From: Eledone cirrhosa
Taxonomy: Eukaryota
Direction: 5' to 3'
NCBI GenBank assembly: GCA_964016885.1
Contig: OZ024742.1
Coordinates: 160,146,001 to 160,210,000 of the forward strand
DNA: 64,000 nt
Below, in pieces: positions 27,620 through 49,308 of the stretch. Below the pieces are notes generated by a model. It did not search any database. It was given only the letters and a program-made list of their open reading frames with translations, and was not told where the DNA came from. A program made the translations under genes and the position numbers. Positions within the stretch are counted from its first letter, which is position 1; each line of letters starts with the position of its first letter.

Positions 27620-27622
<3 letters not shown>
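27050..27622 (-). mobile_element. Penelope-like foldback: apparently perfect 249-bp arms (27121-27622) plus ~70-nt tail, in (TA)n
   Basis: Palindrome with 4-nt aaaa loop at 27370-27373; hammerhead in each arm. Confidence 0.8.
27425..27469 (+). ncRNA. type-I hammerhead ribozyme (mirror 27274-27318 on - strand)
   Basis: agtca-CTGAAGA-g gtcaca gagtg tgtgac-GAAA-gaac-TA-tgact; stem III (AGAACU) is very short and one change from palindromic. Confidence 0.75.
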
Positions 27623-32807
<5,185 letters not shown>

Positions 32808-34395
32808 AATTAAAATAACAGATTGAAGTTTAAGCAAAGAATCGCTGCTTTCACACTTAACGGGATCTTCTGAAACTAACAAAGTCAATCTGTGAACGCA
32901 GAAGTGAATATTTCAAAAAACGTTGCAACCGGAGGTAGACAGGAAGACGATACTTTGGTTCGTGGAAACGTTCCCTGGCAAAGAACGGGAAAAAACGAAT
33001 ATAATACGTCATTATGTGGAGCGGTGGATTGGCAGTATCGGTGGAGGGTCGGACGTCATGCTTTCCAGCATAGTTACGTCCCTTTACGTTCTGAATTCAA
33101 ATCCTGCCGATGTTGACTTTGCCTTTCATCCTTACGGGGTCGTTAAAATAAAGTACCAGTAATGCACTGGGTAATTGCTGGCCTTGTGCCTAACGTAGAA
33201 ACAATTAATTGGCGCGGTGAAAAACAATTACACGCAAAGACAAATCCACGCTTATGGTATAAAAGAAGTCGTAGACTAATATTCTATTAGGTGGTTCATA
33301 GAGACGTTCTCTGGCAATGAACGGAAAAAACGAAGATAATACGTCATATGTGGAGCGTGGAGAACAATTGCACGCAAAGACAAAACCACGTAAATGGTAT
33401 AACAGAAGTCGTAGACTAAAATTCTAACTAGGAAATCGAATGATTCCCGGCTTCAGAGTTAAGAGTAAAGTAAATAAAAGACAGAGGTAATTGAAATTAA
33501 ATAAATACATACACGCATCTATATACGTACACAAGCATACGCAAAAACACTCACCATACGTATACAAATACACGCACCTATATATATGTGTGTGTGTGTG
33601 TGTGCGTGTAACAAATAATTAAATAAACGTATAAAATAAATAAATACGTATATAACAAGCGCACACACATACCTACATGTAAATTCGTATATGTTCGGAG
33701 ACGAACGTCAACCAAAACACGAAGTACACATATACACACACCGTACATACGTACGAACCCGCATACTCACACTGACGCAACACTCCCGTATACACATAAC
33801 CAAAAGCATATGTACCAGAATATATAAAATATACGCCATAACATATACAATCAAATATACGTACGAGAAAGTATACGTACCTTCACAAAACATACAGGTA
33901 ATATATACTTGCCTATACAAATAAGTAATGGTATAAACGTAACATATACTTAGCTACCAGATCAGGACGTAAAATATCCGCGTATAGTTCGTACTATCCG
34001 TTAGGGTATAATGTGGGGCTGTAATACAGGAAAGTTTTGTGCAATTTATGTTTACAAGCCGAAATTGCATCAGATTGTTTGTTTAAGTTGTGGTCTTTGG
34101 CGTAGGGTGTTTGTAATTGTTTTTCACCGCTCCAAATAATGACGTATTATCTTCATTTTTCCCGATCTTTGCCAGGGAACGTGTCCACGAACCAAAGTAT
34201 CGTCTTCCTGTCTTCCTCCGGTTGCAACGTTTTTTGAAATATTAACTTCTGCGTTCACAGATTGACTTTGTTAGTTTCAGAAGATCCCGTTAAGCAGCGA
34301 TTCTTTGCTTAAACTTTAATCTGTTATTTTAATAAATATTTGCTCTACGGTTCTTATATATTTGATATATATTTTAGTCTTCAAATTTATTATTT
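32808..34395 (+). mobile_element. ~1.6-kb element with ~240-bp inverted arms in (TA)n (PLE-type), nested SINE in left arm
   Basis: 32808-33240 (minus SINE) is inverse of ~34090-34332; internal tandem duplication ~33300-33430; hammerhead-like agttt-CAGAAGA...GAAA-gca...tgc-TT-aaact at 32827-32877 (-). Confidence 0.65.
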
Positions 34396-34399
34396 TTAC

Positions 34400-35715
<1,316 letters not shown>

Positions 35716-36082
35716 GTGTAAAACTAATAACATTTATTCATTGTACTGTGTCGTTTGGTTTGTGTTTCTGTCTTTTGCATATGTGTGTGTTTCTGAGTAG
35801 AAACAGAAACAGCTTATAGTAAATTCCATCAATATGCTAACTTATTACGTGTTACATTTGCTCGAGTCATTTACCTTGTTTTTGCTCTAATTTACTGTCT
35901 GTATGTATCTAATCAGTGTGAGACTCAACAAGTTCAGCTTAATTTGTCAAGTTCTTTGTTTGTGCTCCATTGAGACGTGGACTATTTGTAGTTGCAAACA
36001 TAAAACAACATTCCCAGTTTGTTTTAGGTAAATAACACATCTAATGTCTTATTTAATATATATATATATAAATACAAATATA

Positions 36083-36426
<344 letters not shown>

Positions 36427-37549
36427 AATATATATATATATAACAACCACTGTAGTGACTGTGTCACGAAAATTCACCCCGAAAGATGGTTGGCAATAGG
36501 CAGAGGACCCCGCTGTAGAAACCATGCATGTAAAGTTTGAAAGGGTACCATAGTTCTGTCAAAGGCATGGCAATCTCCCTAGTTTGGTGATCCACATTAT
36601 AAACACACCCAGTACACACTGTAAATTGGTTGGTGATGGGAAGGGCATCCAGCCGTAGTAATCTTGCCAAACAAAGGGCTACGGGATTCCTCCAGTTGTG
36701 TCGAAATATGACACCCTTTCTAGTACAGTTGCCATAATAAAGCGCACTTGTTGGTGCGTAGAACCATATGCAGCGTCTTTCATTATAAAAATGGTAAGGA
36801 AAAGGCTGAACCGCTTGGAACCGAAACGGCATTCGCTGACTTTATACGTTAATAGAATTTAAATTTTACGTCACTCCATAATTCAGATCGCAATGTAAGA
36901 GAGGAAAAAAAATGAATAAATGGAAGTTAAAAATGTAATAATAATGAATAACGAAAGAAATCGTGAGACTTGAGCTTATATATTTATATACAAGATTACA
37001 CACCTCGATAGTATTAAGAGTTTGTTTAGAGAGAATTGTTTGTTATATAGTTTAACAATTCTTTCCTTTGTTTCTACTTCTCTCTATCTCTCTTTGTATA
37101 TAATGTGTGTGTGTGTGTGCGCGCGCATCTGTGTGTTTGTGTGTGTGTGTGTTTGTGTGTCTTTTTCTCTCATTCTGTCACTCTCTTCACACAAACAGGC
37201 AGACAATTCTAATGCTTAAAAGCTCTGCTAGGGCAGAATTATAAACGGGAGAAAGAAAAGGAAAAACAGAAATAAAGACGGGAAAAACGAAAACTACTTC
37301 TCTAAACTGGCTTATTACATAGATCACTGTTATCAGATAGTATTCAGTAAATTTGCGACACATGGAGCGTGGAAAACAACATCATCTCACAACAGCTTCT
37401 TCTCTCCTAACTACGAAAACTAACTTACAAGTCGTTCTTACGAAGCGGTTGACTAAGATAACGAGAATCAGACACATAGGATATGTCACACTTAACCACA
37501 AATATCAGAAACAGTTTTTCTTTTTTTTTACATTATTGGTGTTGGGAGC

Positions 37550-38745
37550 ATCTCAATTGGCAGAACCATTGCAGCACTGGACAAAATAGAATACCTTATG
37601 GTACTAAGTTACGGCTCTTTATATTCTGAGTTCAAACCCCCCTTTCATCCTTCCGGAGTCCATAAAACAAAGTACAAGTTAAATACTGGAATCGATATAA
37701 ATGACTTATCCCTTCCACCAATTTTGATGCCTTGTGCCAATGCTAAAATTATTATTTCAATTGGCAGAATCGTTAGAGCATCGGACTACTACGTAGTATT
37801 TAGTTACGGATCTTTAGGTTCTGAGTTCAAATCCTGCCGAGGTGAACTTTGCCTTTCACCCCTCATGGGTCAATAAAATGAAGTGCCAGTCAAGTACTGG
37901 AGTTCGCAAAACCCCTCCTCATAAAATTGCTGGTCTTTTGCCAAAATTATGAACCATTATTTCGATTGGCAATAGCAGTGAATTGGCGGTATCGCTTTGT
38001 GGAATTTCTTCCACTTCTTTACGTTCTGAATTCAAATCTCGCCGAGTTCAACCTTTCATCCTTTCAGGGTCGATAAAATAAAGTAGCAGTCAAGTACTGG
38101 AGTTCATATAATCGACTTTTCTCTTTCCCTAAGTTGCTAACTTTGTGTTAGGGAATTATCAGTTGGCAGAATTGGACAAAATATCTTGCAGTATTTAGTT
38201 AAGCCTTTTTTCTTTCCCGAGGTCGTTAAAATACAGTATCTCTCAAGCACTGGGGCCTATTTATTCGATAGATCCCATACCTTGTACTTAAATTGGAAAC
38301 CATGATTATGTCTCTTGGCAGAATAGTTAGAGCCGGCCCTTTACATTCTGAATTCAAATCCCGCCGAGGACTATTTTGCTTTTCAGCCTCCAGGCTTTGG
38401 TAAAATAAAGAACCAGTCACATACTGGGGTCAATGCCATCGACTTATCCCTCTCCACATGGCCTTTTACAGTCGGAGTTCAAATCTCGCCGAGGACAGTT
38501 TTGCCTTTCAGCCTTCCAGCTTTGATAAAATGAAATACCAGTCACATACTGGGGTCAATGTCACCGACTTAGCCCTCTCCACACGGGCCTTTATGTTCGG
38601 AGTTCAAGTCCCGCTGCGGTTAGCTTTGCCTTTCATCCTTACTGGGTCGATAAAATAAAGTACCAGTAAGCACTGAGGTCGATTTAATCGACTTTCCCAT
38701 CCCCTTCAAATTGCTGACCTTGTGCCAAAAGTAGAAACAATTATT
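37550..38745 (+). mobile_element. head-to-tail cluster of ~7 diverged SINE copies
   Basis: Repeated ttggcaga...gagttcaaat...cctttcatcc...accagtca units, all in the same orientation. Confidence 0.8.
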
Positions 38746-39265
38746 ACACGTGGTTATCCCTATATATTTGTGGTGGAATGTGCTGTGCTATGATCTAACA
38801 TTTTAAATCATGTGATTACATTCGAAAGATCATACGAAATCTGTTGGAGAAATTGTGTTTAATATGAGTGTTGAGAGTGGGACTTACTCGTCAGCTGGGT
38901 CATTGAACCCTCTGAAATTTGGGTTCATATATTGAGCACGCTGTGACAAGCTCTATAGTTGGGTCATGTAGACCTCTAAAGCAAGTACTACTACTGCTAA
39001 CTAATAAAGCCTATCCTTGCCTTAAAGGAGGAGGTGAAGATTTTAGGATAAATATTGTAAGCTTCTAAGAATTTAGGAATGAAATACATTGAAAAAATAA
39101 CCAACAAGAAAAAGAAAATGATTACAAGAGTGATGGGGGGTGTTTGTAAAAGTAGTAGTAGTAGCAGTAATGATGGTAGTAGTAGTTGTAGTGGTAATGA
39201 TGGTAGTAGTATTAGTTCTTGTGGTGGTGGTGTCAGCAGCAGCAACTTCAGTTGTGTAGTAGTAT

Positions 39266-39318
<53 letters not shown>

Positions 39319-41584
39319 TATTGATGATTATCGTGACAAATATTTGAAGCGTTTCTTTCCTTTCATATCTTATTATCTTTAAAACCTCCTATCAGATATT
39401 ACCACCCTTGAAAATTACTTCTATAAATGGTAGGCAAAATTATGAAAATAAATGTTATATTTTTTCTAGTTAAAACACAATTGTTGTTGGACCTCCGTCA
39501 GCTTCGACGACGGCTGCTCCATTTGTTTGAACAACGGATCAACCTGCTCGTAATTTGTTTGAACAACGGATCAACCTGCTCGTAAAATTAACGTGGATGT
39601 TAGCAGAGTATTTCACGGATATGTGAACCCTTAACCCATTACTCTATATTTGATATTATATTTTCGTGGTAAAGCTTTACCTCACATAATTATCTCACAT
39701 AATATCGAATCTATGAGATTTTGATATTATTTATTTTGAGAACAATACCAAAATGTCAGTATGAACGGCTGGTTACACCCTGTTTGAACTGAAAGAGGTG
39801 AGAGAATTCTGGTCGGATACGGGCGGTTTAAATGTTAAAGGATTGATGTATTTCTCTAGAAAATTCATCCAGAGAGTGTGACAAGACTGGCCATTTGAAT
39901 TACAGGTACCACTTATTTTTTCCAGCTGAATGGACTGGAGCAGCGAGGAATAAAATGTTTTGCTCAAAGACACAGTTGGAAGTTAAATTAATTATCTTAT
40001 GATCGTGAGGTGAACACCATAACCACGAAGTCATGCTTGTTCAAGAACGCATTTATGTTATTAACATTGCTGCATTGTCGAAGACTAAGTCTTTGGGTTC
40101 TACTTATCATTTTCAGAAGTTCCATTGTTGCTGCGTCAGACCGGTTATTATATATCACATAGGATAACATTTCATCCTTTTGATACCCAACCGAGTGAAA
40201 CTGCCCTAGTTTTTATGATACAAAGTTATATATATAAATTTAAATCTTCCATCATAACTTTATGTAAGAACATTTATGTCCCAAAACCAGTTTAAAAGTG
40301 ATCAAATCCTTATTCTTAAATCCTTACACATTCTATTGCGTGTGTGTGCGTGCGTGTCGTGTGCGTGAAGCAGCAGCTTTGAATATAAAACGGCCCATGG
40401 CATTTTGAAAAAGTATATGTACCTCGGATCAACCCAATTTGTGTGAATGAAATTGAGTAAAGCTGTGTCATAACATTCGGGTTAATAATATTAATATGGA
40501 TTATGAGCCACCCACCCGTGAAACGGTCGTGACTGTACATAAGCAATAAAGGCTTTAATGTGAAGCTTCGTTTTGTTCTTAATATATACACCCTTCTATA
40601 GGATAGCGTGCTGATTTTGGCACCTTCCTCGGTAAATCACAAATCTACTGAACCACTCAATATATATATATATATAATAGTAATAAGTATAATCGAAGTT
40701 GCAGCCGCAAGTAGCAGATTAGCTTCGATCATCGAAGCCTGCCACGAAGCACTTAATGATAGAGTCATTAATAAATTTCTGCTCAGAGTGAACACAAGAA
40801 GCTAGGTAATAGCGACACAACAAATTATATATATATATATAATTGTTTCTACTTTGGGCACAAGGCCAGCAATTATCCCAGTGTATTACTGGTATTTATT
40901 TTATCGGCCCCGTAAGGATGAAAGGCAAAGTTAACCTCGGCGGGATTTGAACTCAAACCATAAAGGTCCGTAACGCTTTGTTGCAAAGCATGGCGCCCGA
41001 CCCTCTACCGATACTACCAATCCATATAATATACGTCAGCTTCAGTATTCGGTATTCAGAAGAAAGGGTGTATTCAGTATTCAGTATTCAGTATTCAGTA
41101 TTTGCGCGTATCCTTGGGTAATGACCGAAAGAATTTGACCGCGAATTCAAGCGATCACAGTTCCATTACTATAGGCATATGCATAGAATGTTTCAGGAAA
41201 GAATCGCTGAACAGATTTTACGGACAAAACCAGCCGGCAGGAGATCCAGGGATGGACACTAAGCATTTTCGTTGGCTGCTCTCGCTTGGGGGTCCAGTCG
41301 GATCAATTGGAAACAGTTGCTTCTGACATGACCTGGTGGAAGAAGTATTTGAAGATTCTGCCCACAAAGCAGTTGATAAATGAAACATATCAAACACAAG
41401 GATGCAAAAATACAAAGTAATATTAGGTTCACGCTTAGAGGGAATGGTAACGGATTCTCCGTTTCAGAGGGAAGTCCTTCATCAGGAAAGTTGGAATAAT
41501 ACTATGTAGTACAGTTGGTCATCATAGGGTGAAAACGTAGCCAGAATAGGAAGAAACTGAGAAATCAGCACATTACCATTAGAC

Positions 41585-41629
<45 letters not shown>

Positions 41630-41631
<2 letters not shown>

Positions 41632-42043
41632 CAAAGAGATATTGAATTTGTTGGTAATTCCACAAATATATTTATAACAGATTCGAAGCACTCGACAGCT
41701 TTTGGAGTATAATATCAATGATATTAATAAATGGAAACTATATTTATAAAACCATATTTATTCTATTATATATATTTCCAGGGTACCAAAACTTTGGTAC
41801 GCTCTCATCAGATAAAATACAAAATTTGTTTTATAAATAGTGACATACCCAGGAATCAGACCTTAACTATCCAAACGGAACCTGAACTGTTAAGGTCTGA
41901 TTCCTGGGTATGTCACTATTTATAAAACAAATCTTAAAAATTTTATCTGATGAGAGCGTACCAAAGTTTTGGTTTGGTACCCTGGAAATATATATAATAG
42001 AATAAATATGGTTTTATAAATATAGTTTCCATTTATTAATATC

Positions 42044-42046
<3 letters not shown>
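41630..42046 (-). mobile_element. Penelope-like foldback (arms 41717-42046, ~21-nt spacer) plus tail similar to that at 22231-22335
   Basis: Inverted ~150-bp arms in (TA)n; tails share tactcc...gtcgagtgct...accaaca...tcaa.atct. Confidence 0.75.
41940..42003 (+). ncRNA. type-I hammerhead ribozyme (mirror 41760-41818 on - strand)
   Basis: attttat-CTGATGA-gagc gtaccaaa...tttggtac cctg-GAAA-tatata-TA-atagaat, overlapping AATAAA. Confidence 0.75.
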
Positions 42047-42125
<79 letters not shown>

Positions 42126-44309
42126 ATGTGTATGTGTGTGTGTGTGTGTGTGCATGTGCATATACATCTATACGCTTATAAACACCCTTCTAAGCATGGG
42201 GACAAATACTGATCTAAAATGCTACGTAAGTGGACATTCTATTATCAAAAAGCAAATTTTCAGTTTTTATGACTACGTATATCCAGAAATCTTGGTACAC
42301 ACATTATACTAATATTGGATCCCCAAATTAAATACATTCAACGTTATAGGCGTTATTATTGACGACACAGGCCTACTACTTCTTGAATAATCCATTAGCA
42401 CTATTGATCGATTTTTCAGTGAATGATTCTTGATTAAATATGGCGCGAAATTCGCAGATAGCTAGAACGTCAATGAGGATCTTTTCTGTTGTTAATTAAG
42501 ATTCACTGCGCTTTGCTTTGAAATCCCACCGATTTTAACTTTAACTTTCTTTCGATAAATAAAGTACCAGTCCCGTACTGGGGACGATCCTCCTTTCTAT
42601 CTCTCTCTCGCTTTCTCTCAAGGAAGTTAGCTATAGTCAAACCTAGAGAGGGATGGGCTTTACAAAGGTATCTCACAACGGCGTCCGTACGACTCAATTA
42701 GAATAAATAATTCGGGGCTTATGGTATAGATAGATTAATTTGATTGAATATCACGGAGATATTCTTGATATTCCTTTCAGAATGAATAATTGAGATTGTT
42801 CTTATGTTATTTATTTATTTCCTGTTTTCAATGATTTTGTTTTCTTTCTAAAATGCTTTTTGCCAAAATGGATGATATCAGCGCTGATACACATCAGATC
42901 TTAGACTTAAAAGAGGCACCTGAAGGGAGAAGAGTATGAATATGGGGAGAGATGAATGAAGTAGGGAATTTAAAACGCACCAAGTTTGAGTAATATGAGA
43001 TACGAAATTAATTAGCATAAAGCAATTATCATCATCATCATCGTCATCATTGTCAACCTCATCATTTTCTGTCCACCTTTCAAGTTGGCATGGGAAATAG
43101 ATGGGTCATCACGGTCCGAGTCAGTGACATGTATATGGGCTGTTGTTAGCCACGATTGATCAAAGAGATTCGAACCGAGACTATTTCGTTTTTTAGCGGT
43201 TTTTCTATGACTATATTATCCAACATACCCTTTCCTTTGCTACTATTTTCTAGCAGGTCGAGCAACTGCATAGAGTAAGGATCTCTAAACTATCGACCCC
43301 TTCATGAAGTCCTTGAACTCTTGAGCCCAGATATGTACAAAAATAAATAAGTTAATAATCAGTAAATAGGATATAAAATAAATAAACAAGAAAGACTAAC
43401 TATAGTTCGCTTTTATTATATTCTATGTAATTTCCTATACAAATGATGAGGCGACCAATCGGCAGTGTTTTAAAACGTGAAATACAATGCTTTGCAGTAT
43501 TCTTTCTGACTCTCTGCTCTTAGTTCAAATCTCGCCGAGGGAAAAATAGCCTTTCTTTCTTTCGAAGTCGATAAAAAAGTTCCGGTCACAGTAAGGACGT
43601 CGATTCGTGAGGTTTAAAATTCTCAAGACACATCGTATATCATGACACAGCCCCTGTGACTCCGTCATGAGTTGGGATCTATACATAAATACAAATATCA
43701 GATGTGGGTCCAAACGTTCAATCGAAACTCCCGGGGTCGATATCGACCACTTTCGGGACATCTGGGGTAGAGAGACCTCCGTTGGTTCATCTATATAGAT
43801 AATTCCCAGGTGCGATAAATTTCTAAGACTTTTTCTATTACATTAAAGTCCTTATGCTTAATTGACAGATCACCGATTATATAAATAGAACAAGACATGT
43901 GAAGTAGTCGTTGAGAGAAGAGATATAAGTTAGACAATTTCCGATTTAAAATACATTGTATTCCTGCTGTCATAAGAAGCGACTAAAAGGGTTGATGCCA
44001 TGAAGGGCAGTCGGCTGTAAAACATTGCATCAAAAATCCCGTCCAACCCATGTCAGCATGGAAAAGACGACACAAAACGATAGTGATGATGATGATGTGT
44101 AGAAAGACTGTCGTTGATAGCGAAGACATGCTTCCGTGATAACATAAGTAAGCATCTTACAATATCATCATATATCATAAAACTAATTAAATACGCAGGG
44201 CTGTTTCCATTGATATAGTATTGAACGAAGAGTGTGAACAAAAAGAAATAAGCCAATATAACATTTAAGGTATCCAACAGATACACACACATATATATAT
44301 ATGTATATA

Positions 44310-44408
44310 GTGTGTGTGAGTCCCCCAAAATGTATACACACTTCAACAGCATTCTAATAAATATTGCCTGTACAGGTAATCAAAGTGTGTATACATTTTT
44401 GGGACACC

Positions 44409-44413
<5 letters not shown>
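44310..44413. mobile_element. Tc1/mariner-type mini-MITE
   Basis: Right TIR reads TA-CAGGGTGTCCCAAAAATGTATACACACTT on - strand; left arm ccaaaatgtatacacactt. Confidence 0.65.
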
Positions 44414-44448
<35 letters not shown>

Positions 44449-44487
44449 GTATAAAATATATATAAATATATATATATACTATATATA

Positions 44488-44537
<50 letters not shown>

Positions 44538-44641
44538 AAAATATATATAAATATATATATATACTATATATAATATATATAAATATATATATATAATATA
44601 TATAAATATATATATACTTATATATATAAATATATACATAC

Positions 44642-44682
<41 letters not shown>

Positions 44683-45173
44683 AAAATATATATAAATATA
44701 TATATATATACTATATATAATATATATAAATATATATATATAATATATATAAATATATATATACTTATATATATAAATATATACATACATAATATATATA
44801 TATATATATACATATAATATATATATATATAATATATATATATATACATATATATATAATATATATAAATATGATATATATACATATATATATAATATAT
44901 ATAAATATATATATACATAATATATATATATATATAATATATATATATATATACATATAATATATATATATATAATATATATATACATATAATATATAAT
45001 ATATATATATATACACATATATAATATATATAAATATAATATATATATACATATATAGATAATATATGTAAATATATATATACATATAATATATATATAA
45101 TATATATATATGTACATATAATATATACATATAATATATATATATACATATAATATATATATATATAATATAT

Positions 45174-45263
<90 letters not shown>

Positions 45264-45402
45264 ATATATATATATAATATATATATATATAAATATATAT
45301 ATAATATATATATATATATGCACATAACATATATATAAATATATATATACATATAATATATATATAAATATATATATACATATTATATATATATATAATA
45401 TA

Positions 45403-45758
45403 GTATTAAGGATACTATTTATGGTTATGCATATACTAAAACCTTTTATAGTTATATATATATTTTAAACCCTAAATAGACAGTAATTTATTACTACCTT
45501 ATTACCAGTAAGATAAATAGCTCAATGTAATAACATCAGTTGTTCTACAGAGCATTTATATAGAAATTACATGAATCAAAATTCTGTTTAAACCATTTAT
45601 TCGCTTACAATTGTTTCTTCCAAACCGAAGTTTGGATGTCATGTATGTAAACAATCATTGAAATATTGCTCCGAAGACTTCAAACCTCGGTTTGGAAGAA
45701 ACAATTGTAAGCGAATAAATGGTTTAAAAGGAACTTTGATTCATGTAATTTCTATATA
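45403..45758 (-). mobile_element. PLE-type foldback (45557-45758) with tail; hammerhead variant at 45666-45714
   Basis: ttgct-CCGAAGA-cttcaaacc tc ggtttggaa-GAAA-caattg-TA-agcga then ataaa; palindromic ACAAUUGU stem III. Confidence 0.7.
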
Positions 45759-45914
45759 TATAATATATATATATACATATAATATATATATATAATATAT
45801 ATATATATACATATAATATATATATATAATATATATACATACATATAATATATATATAAATATGTATATACATATAATATATATATACATATAATATGTA
45901 TATAAATATATATA

Positions 45915-45991
<77 letters not shown>

Positions 45992-46065
45992 ATATATTTA
46001 TATATATATTATATATTATATATATATATATTATATTATATATATATATATATTTATATATATAT

Positions 46066-46133
<68 letters not shown>

Positions 46134-46416
46134 ATATATATATAAATATATATATATATATAATATAATATAAATATATATATACATATAATATATATAT
46201 ATATATAATATATATATACATATAATATATATATAAATATATATATACATATAATATAAATATAAATATATATATACATATAATATATATATAAATATAT
46301 ATATACATATAATATATATATAAATATATATATACATATAATATATAAATATATATATACATATAATATATATATATATGTATTCATATAATATATATAT
46401 AAATATATATATATAC

Positions 46417-46462
<46 letters not shown>

Positions 46463-46538
46463 TATAATATATATATAAATATATATATATACATATATTA
46501 TATATATATTATATATATTATATATATTATATATATTA

Positions 46539-46593
<55 letters not shown>

Positions 46594-46632
46594 TATATAT
46601 ATTATATATTATATATATATATTATATATATT

Positions 46633-46886
46633 CAGGAGACTGAGGTTGGCTGGACATGCTCACCGACATCCAGAGTTGACATTGCACTCAGTGCTCCTTT
46701 GGGAGCCCCTACATGGACACACTAGAAGAGGAAGACCAAGGTTAACATATGTTGATGCCCTAAGGACAGACACTGGTCTGTTGGAGATGCAGGATATGGC
46801 AGCGATAATGAGGGACAGAGACCGCTGGAGAGAACTCGTCCATGGATCTCGGGAATTTTACCCGCCTTAGATAGATAGATAGATAG
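46633..46886 (+). mobile_element. RTE-like LINE 3' end with (TAGA)n tail
   Basis: RRLRLAGHAHRHPEL...LLWEP.HG..RRGRPRLTYVD.LRTDTGL...DRDRWR. Confidence 0.8.
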
Positions 46887-47530
46887 ATATATATATATAA
46901 TATATATATATATAATATATATATATACAGATAATATATATATAATATATATATACATATAATATATATATATATATATAATATATATATACATATAATA
47001 TATATATAAATATATATATACATATATATATAAATATAATATATATATGTACATATAATCACCACCCCACTCTTAAGAGCGTGAAATTAATAAACATTTG
47101 TTGTACTGCTTCTCTGTTTTGTTCCCGTTCAATTTTTCATTATAATATATATATATACATATATATATATAAATATATATATTATATACATATAATATAT
47201 ATATAAATATATATATTATATACATATAATATATTTATAAATATGTATATACATATAATATATATATAAATATATATATACATATATTATATATATATAT
47301 AATATATATATACATATATATGTAATATATATATACATATATATGTATAATATATATATACATATATATATAAATATAATATGTGCATATAATATATATA
47401 TATGTACATATAATATATATATATGCATATAATATATATACATATAATATATATATATATAATATAATATATATATATAATATGTATATATAATATATAT
47501 ATATAATATATATATATAATATATATATAT

Positions 47531-47586
<56 letters not shown>

Positions 47587-47625
47587 TATATATATATACA
47601 TATAATATATATATAAATATATATA

Positions 47626-48672
47626 TAGAAATCACATGAATCAAAGTTCCGTTCTAACCATTTATTAGCTTACAATTGTTTCGTTCAAACCGAGGTTTGG
47701 GGTCTTCGGAGCAATTTTTCAATTATTGTTTACATACATGACCTCCTTTCCAACACAAGAGACATACTGAAACATATGTATATATCGATGGATAATAAAA
47801 CGATGTAAATTCTCGCAACAAGAACAACCTGCTCTATAAAATTGGATTAAAGTACACTGAACCGCAACAAGCTGTAATAATCTAAGCTAATACATCAGAC
47901 ATCCAATACTGAATCATCGTTAATTATGTGAAGGGCATATAATCTATATATTACGTTTCCTGGATTGTGAAAATGGTGGTGTATACAAAAAACCATAACA
48001 TTATTTTGCTTCTCATTTTTAATATTTCTCTGCACACAAGCTTCTTTATCATACATAAAAAATACTTTACCAATACAACCCCCATAATACTCTTGAATAC
48101 CCGCTTAAAGTGCATATAACACCTTGCCGCACAATAATCTTATATAAATAAGACACACGTGCATGCCCCACGTGTAACTATTGCATACACTAACTATTTC
48201 AAACTATCCCCTTGGATTATCTTCGTAAACTGCCGATGTTGTATTTTAACTTTAATTTTGTTTTAATTTTGTTTTAATATGATTTTAATTTTTGAATTTA
48301 AATTGCCATGCAAAAATATTATACTGGATGTCACCACACTGTGCATCGTTATATACATATGTTTCTGTATGTCTCTTGTGTTGGAAAGGAGGTCATGTAT
48401 GTAAACAATCATTGAAACATTTCTCCGAAGACCCCAAACCTCGGTTTGGACGAAACAATTGTAAGCTAATAAATGGTTTGAACAGAACTTTGATTCATGT
48501 GATTTCTATATAACTGCTCTGTAGAAAACTGATGTTATTACATTGAACTATTTATCTTACTGGTAATAAGGTAGTAATAAATTACTGTCTTTCACTGTTT
48601 AGGGTTTAAAATATATATAACTATAAAAAGTTTTAGTATATACATAACCATAAATAGTATCCTTAATACTAT
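47626..48672 (+). mobile_element. longer copy of the same PLE-type family: ~165-bp inverted arms, ~550-bp body, 3' tail
   Basis: 47626-47789 is the reverse complement of 48344-48509; hammerhead variants at 47666-47714 (-) and 48420-48468 (+); tail 48510-48672 is inverse of 45403-45556. Confidence 0.72.
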
Positions 48673-49058
48673 AAATATATATATACATATAATATATATA
48701 TATATACATATAATATATATATATAAATATATACATATAATAAATATATATATATACATATAATATATATATATACATATAATATATATATATATATACA
48801 TATAATATATATATATATATATACATATAATATATATATATATACATATATATATATACATATAATATATATATAAACATATAATATATATATAAATATA
48901 TATATAAATATATTATATATATAAATATATATATACATATAATATATATATATAATATATATATACATATAATATATATATAAATATATATATACATATA
49001 ATATATATATGTATAATATATATATATACATATAATATATATATAAATATATATATAC

Positions 49059-49090
<32 letters not shown>

Positions 49091-49219
49091 CATATAATAT
49101 ATATATAATATATATATATACATATAATATATATATATATATACATATAATATATATATATATACATATAATATATATATATACATATAATATATATATA
49201 TACATATAATATATATATA

Positions 49220-49305
<86 letters not shown>

Positions 49306-49308
49306 CTA

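Noticed and set aside
39521-39584. Perfect 32-bp tandem duplication
   Set aside because: Ordinary local duplication inside a decayed repeat; no further structure.
47930-47998. Possible GIY-YIG remnant (GHIIYILRFLDCENGGVYK) in the foldback element body
   Set aside because: No YIG motif, short and stop-bounded; cannot be supported without a profile search.
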